A DNA stretch of 64,000 nucleotides, taken from contig JAAILG010001453.1 in the NCBI GenBank assembly GCA_012026655.1, forward strand, positions 1 through 64,000, in the 5' to 3' direction. Source of the DNA: Hydrolagus affinis (lineage: Eukaryota). Under the pieces are notes generated by a model. It did no database searches, was not told the origin of the DNA, and was given only the letters and a program-made list of their open reading frames with translations. The translations under genes and the position numbers were made by a program. Positions 23,082-36,110 of the stretch are shown one piece after another (within the stretch, counting starts at the first letter, position 1; every line of letters starts with the position of its first letter).

Positions 23082-23960
23082 CTCGCAAATTGGACAGTAT
23101 AAACAGCCCTCCTCTGCGTTTTCCAAACATTTTTAGTTGAAACCGTCTGTGACCAACATTTGTCACCAACTTGTAGAATTTTGAATGATTGTGTGGAAGC
23201 TTCCGATTGTCTGATCTAAATAAAAAGCAGTGCAGTTGTTAGTTGACAGTGAAAGTAAAATAGTAACCAGATGCGAATTAGATTTGCACTGACGCCTCGC
23301 GCTAACATTCTCTCATACATAAATGCCTTTGATAATAGCAAGAATTTATTCTGTTTTCCATGGATTCCACGTCGATAAGAAATCTTCGTAAGACCCACGT
23401 TCTGTAGTAAAAACTCCCCCCCCCACCCCCCCTCGCTGTAATGCTTCCATGAAATCTTCAACGGTTTTAACTCCAGGGTTTACTTTATGTTTGACAAAAG
23501 ATAAAAAGCAAGCAACTGATTGTCTGATCAATCAAGAGAATGCGATGTGAACTTGCGATTATTTTCTGACTGTAAAATGTTTTCTGAACATAATTACACT
23601 TTTAAGGCATCTTATTTACGGTCTTGCTTGAATGCTGAAAGATTGATTCAAATGTGAAACGTTCTATTGATGAAGAAATCTAAATAATGTGTGTGTATAT
23701 ATTGTAATTGAATGTTTAGTTGCACTGTGACTTGCTAATTCCAAAAGTTATTAAACGACTTTAAAAAAATTGCTCCTTTTTGCCCTTCCTGACATGTGCT
23801 TTTCCCCAGGTTGAATTGAGATATCTCGATTGTAAGAAGCTAATTGCACTGAATGACAGATTCCTGCCTTGTTTTATTTGCACGTTCAGCCGTCAGTACA
23901 TCTGTTGCCTTAGTAACCTCTGCCCATCAATAATAAATTGGGTGCTTTTTTCATCATATA
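23082..23960 (+). terminator. WDR11: WDR11 3' UTR with candidate polyadenylation signals
   Basis: AATAAA at 23219-23224, ATTAAA at 23750-23755 (TGTA motifs upstream, pyrimidine-rich downstream) and AATAAA at 23932-23937. The site actually used cannot be determined. Confidence 0.5.
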
Positions 23961-24329
23961 AAAAGAGTAATTTGAAAGCTATCCCTTTCCCCCAAAGCGC
24001 AGTGCAGCCCAGACCTGGTTCCTTAGACTTCTAAGAGTTTGTTTCGTTAAAACCATTCACCCAAACCAGAAATGATACCATAATGAGCGAGACAGTTTAT
24101 TTGCATGTCAGGAACTCCCAAAACGAGTTCTTCTTTTATCATAAATTGTTGTAAGATTTATTACGGCTGACTGGGGTGAGAGAGTTCTTCCATCACCGAC
24201 AAGTAAAAGGATTGGGGATGGTTCTGAGTTAAGAATAGATGAATTGCAGAAATCCTACGGGTAATTGAATGGATAAGACTAGCACTAGGTAGACTGATGG
24301 TCTCATGGATTCTCATCTAATTAATGGTT

Positions 24330-24650
24330 GTAGCATTCGAGGTCACTAAAGTTCAAGCATTTCAAATCATAAAGTTCAAAATGCCTGGTGAAAGTATGAT
24401 TTTCGAGGCAGTTCACTATTCGTGGCACAAATACATTCCCCGCTGTTTCATAATCATTTTTGGAGCATTGCATTTGTTCCCTGATCACCTCATTCCCTTG
24501 TTGCTTTTGTTCTCTAATCTCGATCACCCCGGGGTAGTCAATGATCTGATGTGTCACGCTGGCCTCTACTTGATTGAAGGTACAATTGTAATTTCCCTGG
24601 TAGTCTGGCGAGAACAACTGAGGTACGTCGAGCTGGGATTTGATTGACGG
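24330..24650 (-). mobile_element. Old CR1-like RT C-terminal fragment
   Basis: Minus-strand translation GNVFVPRIVNCLENH resembles the CR1 'FFxxRVVNxWNxLP' motif. Confidence 0.45.
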
Positions 24651-25255
24651 CGAGATGCTGTGGTGACACACGACTTGCTGTCTCAGTTCCCAAGCAATAA
24701 TTATTCTGTATCTCTTTAGATGATGGAATTCACTCCTGATAGAACAACATGGCAGGTCAGTTCGTGTTCAGATCACTAGAAGATGACTGCGTTAATCCTA
24801 CTGTGCTCCAGTTTAAAATTAAATTTGCTGAAAGATTAAGTCATACTGGCTAAGTACAGTACTTGCTCAAGTAGGCAGTGTGCAGTGTTCTCTGAGAAAC
24901 ATATTGGGAGCAGTGAAGGATATTGGAACTATTTGCACAGGACATATTTTATCATGAATCCGCTTTATTTATCTGCAAAGGTCTTTATTTGCTCGCCTCT
25001 CCTTTATAACATTGTGTCCCCTCTATCTGCATCTGGCGTTTCAAGCTACTATCCCATGTGGTCAAGTTTCAAACAAAGAGTTGACGTCTCCAAGAGAATT
25101 TGAGGGAGTCCTTTTCATTCAAAGCATCCAAAGTCAAGGATAATAAAATCCATTGAATATCACATTGATTTTTTCCCCCCCACCCCCAAAAGTTGTCTTG
25201 CCTTCCCCTGGATTAGTGTTGCTCTAGTTGCACATCCCAGGGAAGAGAAGCGGAC

Positions 25256-25580
25256 TGGAGTCCTGTAGCTCAGTGGTTAAGAGCACTCGCCTTACAAGCG
25301 AGAAACCTTGGTTCAATTCCAGGCAGGTCAAAACCTTGGGCAAGTTTCTTTACTCCATACGCCTAATAATAATCCCTCAAAAAAAAACAATACTGTAATA
25401 AATTGGTCATTTCAATCCACGACCGTTTGTGGGGGACGCTGCTGTGCGCAATTGGCTGCCGCTTTTCTCCCACAAATATACAGTCAATTCACTTTACAAT
25501 ATATTCTGTGAAGCGCTTTGAGACGTCTGCAAGACATGAAAAGCGCCATGTCAAATGTAAGGGTTATTATTTTTATTATA
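25256..25580 (+). mobile_element. Full-length SINE
   Basis: tRNA head with anticodon-like stem ctcgc-cttacaa-gcgag and B box ggttcaattcc; full body and tail. Confidence 0.92.
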
Positions 25581-25848
25581 GCTGCTTTGAAGTCAGCCGT
25601 GTTGATGTCCTTCAAATTCGCCTGCAAACTGGCATCTAGAACGTTAATTCAGTTGGGTATTTATTCAGTGTCTGCAATTGAACTTTTCCCAGGTCCCAAT
25701 GACATGATGAAAACAAATGAGTTTCCTCGAGCACCGGGAGGCGAGAATGATCTTTTTACTCTGCAATAACCAAGTAGGTTTTTAAAACCCAAACTGGGTC
25801 ACTATATCTTGTATTAAGAAGAACCTGCCGAACATAACCACTCTATAT

Positions 25849-26182
25849 GTGGAGCTCCTGTAACTCAGTGGTTAGCGCACTCGCCTTACAAGCGTGAGAC
25901 CTGCATTCGAATCCAGGCAGGTCACGGCGAAACCTTGGGTAGGTTTCCTTACTCCACATACACAAACACTGAATAATAATCCCTACAAAAAAAAAACAAT
26001 AATAAAAATGGGTCATTTCAATCCACGACTGTTTGTGTGGGACGCTGCTGTGCGCAATTGGCTGCCGCGTTTTGCCCACAAATATACAGTCAATTTACAG
26101 TATATTCCGTGAAGCGCTTTGAGGCGTCGATAAGATGTGAAAAGTGCTATATCAAAATGCAAGGATTATTATTATATTATTA
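25849..26182 (+). mobile_element. Full-length SINE
   Basis: Family consensus from head to (att)n tail. Confidence 0.92.
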
Positions 26183-26608
26183 TAAACTTCATTAGATGTT
26201 CTGAATGCAAAAACCGGCTCACCGAAAGTGTCTTATCTGCAGCTTTATTACATTTCCTGGTGTAAGATGTTGTTATTGGAACAGAATCCGAAGAGTTGGC
26301 TAACTCTATTCCCGTGCGATAAGAATGCAGAAGCTGTTTCCAATTTTTTGGGTCCGATTCATTGAACCGTTCCCTGACTAAACTCCAAATATTTGGAAAG
26401 TTTGCACACTATTGTTCCAAGTTTCTTTTTAATCTCCCAACAGAGCGATACTCCCAAACACAAATATCCAGGCTGGAGATTCCAATGAAAACTTCTCAAG
26501 TGAAGTTGATTTTCCATACAAAGTGATTCGTTCAAGTTGGAATAATTTTGACCATAAGGGCACGCAAGCAAACGCAATGAATTTAACCAGAGGTTTGTGG
26601 CAGTTTTA

Positions 26609-26622
26609 CCAGAAGGTGGCGC
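26609..26622 (+). promoter_or_regulatory. Candidate CTCF binding site
   Basis: CCAGAAGGTGGCGC has 1 mismatch to CCASYAGRKGGCRS and lies in unique sequence 3.5 kb past the WDR11 stop. Confidence 0.55.
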
Positions 26623-27014
26623 TTTTATAAGTAGTACTGGATATTTTAGTAAAAAGATTTGCCTTTACTATACCTTTACAAGCACTGATACAGTAGTAGA
26701 TGTGCCCACAAATCTTCCCGACAACAAATTTGGATTCATTTTAATTACTTGCGTTAATTCTTTTTCCAAACTAAATCGTGCATGGTATGTACTAATAGTA
26801 TCTATTAATCTCACAAGGAGACACGTTAATTGTTCCGTGTTTTAGGAATACATTTATTTTGTCTCAAATTACAATTATTTTGCCTCAAAATGTTTAATTG
26901 CTGTTGTGATTGAACAGCAGCAGTATATTCTGCGAAGTGCTTTGGGACGTCGATAAGATGTGAAAAGCGCTATATCAAATGCAAGGATTTATCAATTTAT
27001 CAATTTCATTGAAA

Positions 27015-27270
27015 TCTATCAATTTCAGTCTTGAATATTTTCAAGGACTGAGCATCCACAGCCCTTTGGGGTAGAGAATTCCATAAATTCACTACCCTCT
27101 GAGTGAAGACATTTTTTCTCAACTCAGTGTGAAAGGGCTGAGACCCCTAATCTTCAGACTGTGACCCCTGGTTACAGTTTCTCTAACCAGGGGAAACAGT
27201 CTCCCACTATCTACTCGGTCTTGCCCCTTAATAATCTTATAAGTTTCTATAAAATCAACTCTAATTCTAA
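27015..27270 (-). mobile_element. CR1-clade LINE fragment (ORF2 3' end)
   Basis: gcatccacagccctttggggtagagaattccataaattcactaccctctgagtgaagac is the reverse of an 'FFTQRVVNLWNSLPQRAV'-type coding sequence. Confidence 0.85.
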
Positions 27271-27299
27271 GCCCTTTCTGAGCCTAATTCTCGAAGCCC

Positions 27300-27622
27300 T
27301 TCACGGAATATACTGTAAGGTGAATTGACTGTATATTTGTGGGTGAAACGCGGCAGCCAATTTCCCACAGCAGTGTCTCCCACAAACAGCCGTGGATTGA
27401 AATAACCAATTTATTATATTTTTTGAGTAGTGGTTCCTTAAAACAAAACCAATCATTCGATCCAGAACCGTTTGTGAAATGCTGCTGTGCTCAATTGGCA
27501 GCCGTGTTTCGCCCATAAATATACAGTCAATTCACTTTACCTTATATTCCGTGAATCACTTTGGGACGTCTAGAAGACGTGAAAAGCGCTATATCAAATG
27601 CAAGGATTATTATTATTATTAT
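27300..27622. mobile_element. Two SINE 3' halves in opposite orientation (27300-27425 minus, 27470-27622 plus)
   Basis: Both match the family 3' half. Confidence 0.82.
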
Positions 27623-28499
27623 TAGATTGTATAATTTGTTTCTTCCTTTGCTGATGAAGCAGACATTTAACATCTGCCTATTTAGTGGCTCTCGAGCTGC
27701 AAACTTAATTGGTTTTATTTTCACAAGATTTGTTTTGTACATTGTCAGATGCACACGTTAGTGGAATAATTTGAAGTTGGTGAACACACCGACTCAACTG
27801 TTAATAGTCCCATGTTCCTTTGCCGTGCGCTGACTGCATTGAAAGCAGCTGGAAAAACATTCACAGCTTTTATTAACTGAATCCATCTGGAGTGCATCAC
27901 TTAGCCACACGCAAAACACAAGTTGATCCACTAAATATAGTCTCTCGTCTCTATTTAGTGTTGCCATCTTGGAAATGCGGAAGAATTTTGATTGCAAACA
28001 ATTGTTAGGGCGAGACAATTGTCCTCTTAAAGCTGCATCTGGTATGCAGCAAAGCAGCCATTATCTCTAAGCATATGTGTAGTTCTGTGGCCTCTATTTA
28101 AGCGTTTATATCAAAATTGATTCAGTTATAGTGGTAAAGTTACGATACGTCTTATTTTTGGGTGGGGGCGAATTCACAAGAAAAACAACTGCGGCTATCA
28201 CTGGAAACATGACAACAAAACCAACTTGGATTTATAAAGCGCCCTTCACGCAGGATAACATCGCGGGGCACTTAATTATCAGTGTTGGAGCCTGAAGCTG
28301 AGCCAGGGAGAAGTGGAGAATGTGACCATAACATTGTAAAGGTTATAATATAGCATTTGAAGTAGAGCATTTGATATAGAGTCATCACTTTGAGGCTCTG
28401 CTTCACGCAGTTTTTTCCAAGACTGTAATTGAACGCAGCAGCAAAATTGCACAAGTCAAATTTCCCGCAAATGACCATGAATTGAATGATTTTGTCTAT

Positions 28500-29064
28500 T
28501 TATAGGAATTAGGAGCAGGAGTAGGCCATTCAGCCCCTCAAGCCTGCCCCGCCATTCAATAGGATCATGGCTGATCTTCTAATCTAACTCCATCTGCCCC
28601 GCCTTATCCCTATCTCCCTTAATCCCTCAATCCATTAGAAACCTATCAATCTCAGTCTTGAATATGTTCAAGGACCCCAGCTGAGATCAGGATCGGGAAG
28701 AGTAGAGCGAAGGGAAGGGAGGTGACTGATGGCACAGTCAGAAAGGAGGGTCTTGAGGCAGAACTGGAAGGAGGCTTGGGAGGGGGCGAGACAGGGACCT
28801 GGGTTCAATTCCAGACATGGCAAAACCTTGGGCAAATTTTTTATGCCTCATAATAAGGCATAATCCCTCACAAAAATAATAAATTGTGTAATTTTAATCC
28901 ACGACTGTTTGTGGGACACTGCTGTGCGCAATTGGCTGCCCCATTTCGCCCGCAAATATACAGTCAATTCACTTTACAGTATATTCTGTGAAGCGCTTTG
29001 AGACGTCTAGAAGATATGAAAATCACTGTATCAAATGCAAGGATTATTATTATTATTATTATTA
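28500..29064. mobile_element. Cluster: CR1 3' end (minus, 28500-28678), L2 fragment (minus, to ~28795), SINE (plus, 28795-29064)
   Basis: ggaattaggagcaggagtaggccattcagcccc; ggagggtcttgaggcag; SINE consensus. Confidence 0.82.
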
Positions 29065-29895
29065 CGAAACCCAGTCTTTTTTGGTAAGCAATTGGATTCT
29101 GTTTTGGGAAGGAATATCATGGCAATTATCAATTTTGTTTAACTGCAAAGTTTTATAGTTGTTCCCTCACTTTTTGTTCTCCGTTTCCTCGTTTCCGTCT
29201 TCTGTTTGTTCCCAGAGAGCGCTGGGCACCTCTGCAATACCTCACCCAAGCCATTGTGATCCAGTGTGAGACTTGACTCCACTGGCTTGCCAAATTTGGT
29301 ATATACACAGTACCAAGCTTTTCTGCATCCATCTCTGCATGTTCTTGCGGAGATGTTTTATTGCGTGACAGCTGCGTTAACAAGCTTTTAAACAAGTGTG
29401 GACTGTCATCTGCTGGAGCAGGGCAAAGCGGCATAAATCTCAATCCGCCAATGAACGTGTGGGGCGCCTTGGGAGGTTGTGAGGGGGTGGAAAGAGATGG
29501 AGATACCATTTCAGTATCTCTTTGTAAGCTGCATTGGTTTTGCGTTCATTTTTAGTCTCCTCTCAGAAGGTGCTGACTCTTATTAAATTCCCGTGCTCTA
29601 ACAACCCTCCTTGATGTGAGAGCCAACGAAACCTACCAAATTATGTTTGTATAGCGCCTTTCACGTCGGGAGGACGTCCCAAGGTGCTGGATAAAACCAT
29701 CTGGATAAATGGTAAGTGTTGAAATGCTATTTGCCCATGAATAGCATTAAGACTTATAATAATAATATAATAATCCTTGCATTTGATACAGCGCTTTTCA
29801 CATCTTATCAACATCTCAAAGTGCTTCACAGAATTTTCTGTAAAGTGAATTGACTGTATATTTGTGGGCGAAAGACCAATCTTGTCTTCCAACAT

Positions 29896-29936
<41 letters not shown>

Positions 29937-29984
29937 TGCACACATGCACACATTACATACTTGTATACTTTCAAATTATAATAC

Positions 29985-30350
29985 TGTACTTGCATTTCAT
30001 ACAGAGCGTTTCAAAGGATTTATTGTTTGGGTGTTAGTGACAGTCTTGTGTTGGCAAACACAGCGGCTAATTTTGCACGTAACAATGTCACACAAAAAGC
30101 CATGAAGTGAAAGGGGGATTGTTGACCAAGACATTAGTGGAAACGTCTTATTCTTCTACAAATAGGGGCGTAGGAACTTTAACATCCACACAAAAAGGCA
30201 GACAGAAACTCAGTTTAAAGTCTCATCCGTAGGATGACACTCCACACACGCAGCATCCCCCAGCACTGCCTGGACTGTGAGTTTATCGTTCTAATATGAG
30301 GCTTGTCCTACAACCTGCTGACTCAGAGCCAAGAGTGCAATTAACTGAGG
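29985..30350 (-). mobile_element. Old Deu-domain SINE
   Basis: ctcagtttaaagtctcatccg...gcagcatcccccagcactgc...acaacctgctgactcagag...aactgag. Confidence 0.7.
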
Positions 30351-30414
30351 CCAACTGATATCCCACTAATGGTCAGAATAGGGAACTGTAGCTGAATTTT
30401 ACCTACTCTTGACC

Positions 30415-30578
30415 AGGTCACTAATTGTAATATAGGGTTTATTTGGGATGGATTATTATTAGGCGTGTGTGTGGAGTAAGGAAACTTGCCCGAAGTTTCG
30501 CCCTGACCTGCCTGGATTCGAAACACAGCTCTCGCGCTTGTAAGGCGAGTGCTCTAACCACCGAGCTACAGGTCTCCG
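30415..30578 (-). mobile_element. SINE 5' half
   Basis: Reverse of the tRNA head and body. Confidence 0.88.
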
Positions 30579-31296
30579 CATATCACAACTATTACCAGAG
30601 CTGAGTATCCCGGTTGGCACAATCTGTGAACTCGGTGTCTGTAATGTGCTAAGGCTGTATTTATGGTATGTATTCACTGATCCATTAAGATTCCGGGGTA
30701 ACTTTTCATTGTAAGAAAGATGCCGTATGATTTTAACTCTTCAAACAGGTAGAAGTTCGGAATAACCTTTCGGGCCCCTCGTTGGCTATTTCATCTTGAC
30801 GTTCCTAATAAAAAATTGTTTTGAATCTCTGCCTAACAACTGTTTTTTTCTTAACCTAAACAGACTCTCGGTCTTTCCGTGGCTCCGGATTGCAATCAGA
30901 GAACTTAAGCAAATAGGGCTGGTATTTTACTGAAAGAACATTCTTTTTTTTAATGGTTGGTGTGGTGCAATGTTTTCTGGAGAATGGCCCATGTACAAGG
31001 CGTTAGCCAATAACAATAAAACTCATCGACAGATCTTACCAGGAAAGACATGAAAGAAAGAGCTTATACAGAAGAAGGGTCTTTGCGAGCCTGTTGTAGA
31101 CTTGCTTCCATTGTAAGCCACGAGCCATATCGCGCTTTCCACATACATATGCCTTTCATTTCAGTCAACCAAAGTTCACAGAGATTATGAAAGGCCAGTT
31201 CTTACCATAAGAAACTTATTGGATAGAGGTACAAAAGGTACAAGTTTTGTATTTGTGTGTGTGTGTGTGTGTGTGTGCTTCTGTGCATTTCTGTGT

Positions 31297-31400
31297 TGTG
31301 AACTCCTGTAGCTCAAATGGTTAGAGCACTTGCCTTACAAGCGTGAGACCTGTGTTCGAATCCACGCAGGTCACGGCCAAACCTTGGGCAAGTTTCCTTA

Positions 31401-31435
<35 letters not shown>

Positions 31436-31651
31436 CCTGATAATAATTCCACCAAAAGAAACCACAATAATTAAATTGGTCATTTCAATCCACGACTGCT
31501 TGTGGGGACACAGCTGTGCGCAATTGGCTGCCGCGTTTCGGCCACAAATATACAGTCAATTTCACTTTACAGTATATTCTGTGAAGCGCTTTGAGACGTC
31601 TGGAAGACGTGAAAAGCACTGTATCAAATGCAAGGATTATTATTATTATTA
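31297..31651 (+). mobile_element. Full-length SINE with internal (CA)n
   Basis: Family consensus. Confidence 0.92.
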
Positions 31652-32259
31652 TAAGTTTGTTTAAGCGTCTTCACTGAAGGTGCAGACAAATCATCCACTG
31701 ATTGGAGAGATTTCCCACAAACACAATCTCCTGGATGCTAAAAAACACGTGTGCAAGACAGACTGTTGGGCAGTGTGATTGCAATTAGCAGAGCTGATTT
31801 GATGTGTCTGTCGCTTCCACCACTTGCTATCGCTGTGCTGCGTGATGTCTCAATGTTTCTGCGTATAATAATCCTTGCATTTGATGTGGTGCCTCAGTCA
31901 CGTCTTCGGGATCTCTCAAAGCGCTTCACGGGATATACTGTGAAGTATAGTGACTGTGTATTTTGTGGGCGAGTCACAGCTGCCAATTGCGCTCAGCAGT
32001 ATTCGACAAACGGTCATGGATTGAGTGCCCAAATTATTTCAACAAACGTCAGCTTGAATTTAGGCTGGAAAATGAGTTATTTCTACAGTGATGTGCATCT
32101 CACCTTACTCTTAATTCCCCTTCAGTCAAGCCGCCTTCAAATCAAGCAGCAGAATACTCTACGTCTTAACATCTTGTTGAAATCGCATTAATATGGTTTG
32201 CAATCGTCAAAAAACAATTCAAACCATTCACCCATTCGCCCCCACTCCCCCCCATCCCT

Positions 32260-32500
32260 AAACTTGGGTAAGTTTCCATACTCCACAAACCTCTGTTTAC
32301 CTAGCAATAAGTAGGAAACCTGTTTGTTAGTAGGTTCGTGGATCGCGTTGCCAGAGTTAATAATTTCTTTAAACAAAAGAATTAAGAAGAATTTGGTTAC
32401 TCAATCCACGACTGTGCGTGGGGGACATTGCTGTGCGCAATTGGCTGCAACGTTTCTCCCACAAAATATACAGTCAATTTACTTTACTGTATATTCTGTG
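32260..32500 (+). mobile_element. SINE, long variant
   Basis: Contains the extra segment ctctgtttacctagcaataagtaggaaacc. Confidence 0.85.
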
Positions 32501-34284
32501 AATTTGCTGTTTCTGGGAACCTCCTGCTTGCTGCAAATGACTGCTGCTTTTGCCTACAAACAGTCACTACACTGGACAATAACTGCTTAGAATTTGTGAA
32601 AGGTTTTGATGCGATTATGGCTAGAATTCCCGAGCTTGTCTCTTCCGTGTCTTGCTTGCTGTGGGTGGAGATGTTAAGGAGGAGCCTTCCAGTGGAGGGC
32701 AGCAAATATCAGTGTAGGTACTGGATGGGAATTATTTCGTGCAAACAATTGCGCCATTGCAAATGACACTCATAGAACTAGTTATCCACAACTCCACCAT
32801 CGTCGACAGGATGGGTGAACTCGCTCCACGACTGTTTGTGGGGGACACCGCTGTGCGCAACTGGCTGCCGCGTCTCGCCCACAAATATACAGTCAATTCA
32901 CTTGACAGTATATTCTGTGAAACGCTTTGAGACATCGATAAGATGTGAAAAGTGCTATATCAAAGGCAAGGATTATTATTAATGTTTTATCATATCCAGC
33001 GAAGCGCTTTGGGACGTCTCGAAAACCGCTCTTATCAGATGTGAGGATTACTGTTAGTAATCGCATCTCCCGATTGTTGCTGCTTCTGGGGTATTAAGAG
33101 CAAAGGCCAAAGGTCTCCTGGTTTGGTCAAGGAGCCCAGATGGCCTCAGGTTTATTAGTGCGCAGATTGTTCCCTCGGCCGCCTGCAGATGTTGGCGTAG
33201 AATGGGCGCGTGTCACTGGGGGAGCTGCTTCACAATGAGATTGCTGATTCCGACTGTCACACAGTGCAGCTGCAGTGTCCAAACGCCAAGCCACACATCA
33301 ATGGTCCTCTCAGTCCAGACTCCAGAATAGCAAACTGTACCTCAAAACAGGCAACCATTCTTTCCCTTCCCCCCCACCCACCCCACCCCCCCACAAAAAA
33401 GCTTTATTTCTATCCCTCACCCCCCACCCCCAAAAAAAAAACCGACACAATAATAAAATTGGTCATTTTAATCCAGTGCTGTTTGTGGGGACGCCGCTGT
33501 GCGTGATTGGCTGCCTCGTTTGGCATCGATTTGGAGCTCGGGTCATCCAAAATCCACCCGAGCGGATAGTCTGCAAAACCTCACGTCACATAAGAATACA
33601 TAGACATGTCATTCCAAGTCGTAACGGTATACATTTACTTTGGAACCGTTCTTCATAACAGAGGAGTTGGCTTGTACTGCAACACACACACACACACACA
33701 AGTATGTATCCAATATATATTCTCAATACGTACACATTCAGTGGTTTGTGTATACTTTTTCTGTATACTTTGTCACCTACAAATATACAGTCAATTCACT
33801 ATCGTTGAGACGGCGATAAGATACAAAAAACGCTATATGAAATGCGAGGATTATTATTATTATTAAACTTCTCCATGTAAGATAACTATAAATTGAATGC
33901 GATTATGGACCTACTTTTTTCACGCCCGTTGTGTGTGTTTTCTTTCAACACAGAATGAGCAAATCTTGCTTAAGTTTGGCCGAGCCTGCCTCGTTTCGCG
34001 CATCGCTCTTGTGTTTTGTGACTAATGATTCCTTTTGCCTTCCCAAATACCAAAAGAGTGTGGTAACTGCGTCATGTGGCTCTGGTTTTGGGGCCAGTGG
34101 CTTCAAGAGAAACGTCTGAACGAGAGCGGGAGAATAAATCAAAGAAGAAGTTCTGTGAATCAATTAGGGCGTTGTCACCTGGACTGTGTAGTGCTACATG
34201 AAGTGTTCAATATGCCTTGAACACATCATTGCCAAATGTTGTTTCAACTTGTGCAAACACCGAGGACATTGTGGATATTGAACC

Positions 34285-35170
34285 ATGGGCGAGTTTCCTT
34301 ACTCCACACGCCTAATAATAATCCCTCCAAAAAAAAGCAATCTATAATAACTTGGTCACTTTCAATCCACGACTGTTTTTTTGGGGACGCTGCTGTGCGC
34401 AATTGGCTGCCGCGTTTCACCCACAAATATACAGTCAATTCACTTTACAGTATATATTCTGTGAAGGGCTTTGAGAAGTCTACAAGATTTGAAAAGCGCT
34501 ATATCAAATGCAAGGATTATTATTGGTACAGTATTATTATTAGTTCCAATCTCTTGCAACAGAATGAATGGGATGATATGTCAGTTGCCATTCCTGTCTT
34601 TTTACTGTTCCTTTTTCCGAGTGAGTTTCAGCGCCTTTCTCTGCCTCCGCTCAGGATTAAATGTCTAAATCTCTACTCCCTTCGCAACGTTTATTTTGTG
34701 GCCATCTGTAATTATTGTCGACCTATTGAATTCAAAGCCGGCTGACAAGCAACAAGAGTATTTTGTGTCAGCTTGGCTCTGGCTTGTAGCATTCTCGCCT
34801 TTGGGTCAGAAGCCTCCGAGTTTTAAACTCAGTGCTAACACCCTAATGCGGTACAGAGGGATTCTCCATACCTTTAATCATACTAATAATAATCCTTGCA
34901 TTTGATATAGCGCTTTTCACGTCTTCCAGATGTCTCAAAGCGCTTCACAGAATATACTGTAAAGTGAATTGACTGTAGATTTGGTGGGCGAAACATGGCA
35001 GCCAATTGCGCACAGCAGTGTCCCCGCACACAGTCGTGGATTGGGTGACCAAATTCTTCTTATGAAGAGATTATTATCCCCGGAAAAATGATCCGCCAAT
35101 CGATTAAAACAGGGTTCCTACTTACTGCTAGGTAAACAGATGTGTGCGGAGTCAGTAAACTTGCCCAACA
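34285..35170. mobile_element. Convergent SINE pair (34285-34540 plus; 34884-35170 minus, long variant)
   Basis: Family consensus on opposite strands. Confidence 0.88.
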
Positions 35171-36110
35171 TTGGGGGTGGGGGGTGGTATATATTTGACA
35201 CCACGTTTTCAGCAATTATCAGCAAACTGCTTTGGGACATTTCAACTTGATAGGCAGTAATGCAAGAATTATTATGATGATAAGCTGAACATAGGAAATT
35301 ATCACTGGTCTCGCATAAAATCCCTTGTTGATCCCTTAGGCATTCTGTGTAATGAAATTCAAAGAGCCGTGTTAAATTATTATTATTATTATTAATTATA
35401 CCATTGAATTAAAATGGATCCATCGCCCAATACTCTGCATTCCTGATGATAATTACACATCATTGAAATTCCGAGGGAAAAACTCTCTAGGATAGGATCT
35501 GAGAAAAACAAGTTAATATTTAATTGGAAGCTTTGTGGAGTGAATGGAATGCATCATCAAAGTGTGTCTGGGCGGAAAGAATGTGGAATATCAAACAGCA
35601 ATTGGTATCACAGGTTGATTGTGAGGCATCCCATTCTACTGTTAACTTTGGGTTAGGGTCAATCTGGTAAATTAACATTAGGAAAGCATTTGCACGGCAT
35701 CCAATCACAGGTACATCTGACCCCCGCTCCCCCCCGCCACTCCGGTTATGTTTAACAACATTACTCAGTGCGAAAACTAGTATGATTGGTGTTCTCTGAG
35801 TCTTTTATTCCTCGTCTTGCTGTGATCTGGTTCAAAACCCTTACCTGAACAAAGTAAGTATTTGATATGTAAATAGGAATGCGGTTACTGTCATTTCTCT
35901 GGCAGGAATCATACCCTTTTGCTTCTGTTTTCCCCAGTGGCTGGTATAATAATAATAATAATCCTTTCATTTGATATAGCGCTTTTCACATCTTGTCGAC
36001 GTCTCAAAGCGCTTCATAGAATATACTGTAAAGTGAATTGACTGTATATTTGCGGGTATCAACATGACACAGACTGAGTTTGTTGAATGACGCTTCTATT
36101 CTCGTGTGTA

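Noticed and set aside
25256-25335. tRNA-Val(TAC)-like gene
   Set aside because: It is the head of a SINE present many times in the window, with a poor acceptor stem and continuing into SINE body
27650-27690. Hammerhead ribozyme (CTGATGA followed by a hairpin); also 58525-58560 and the minus strand near 45000-45030
   Set aside because: The required GAAA after stem II and the closing stems I and III are absent
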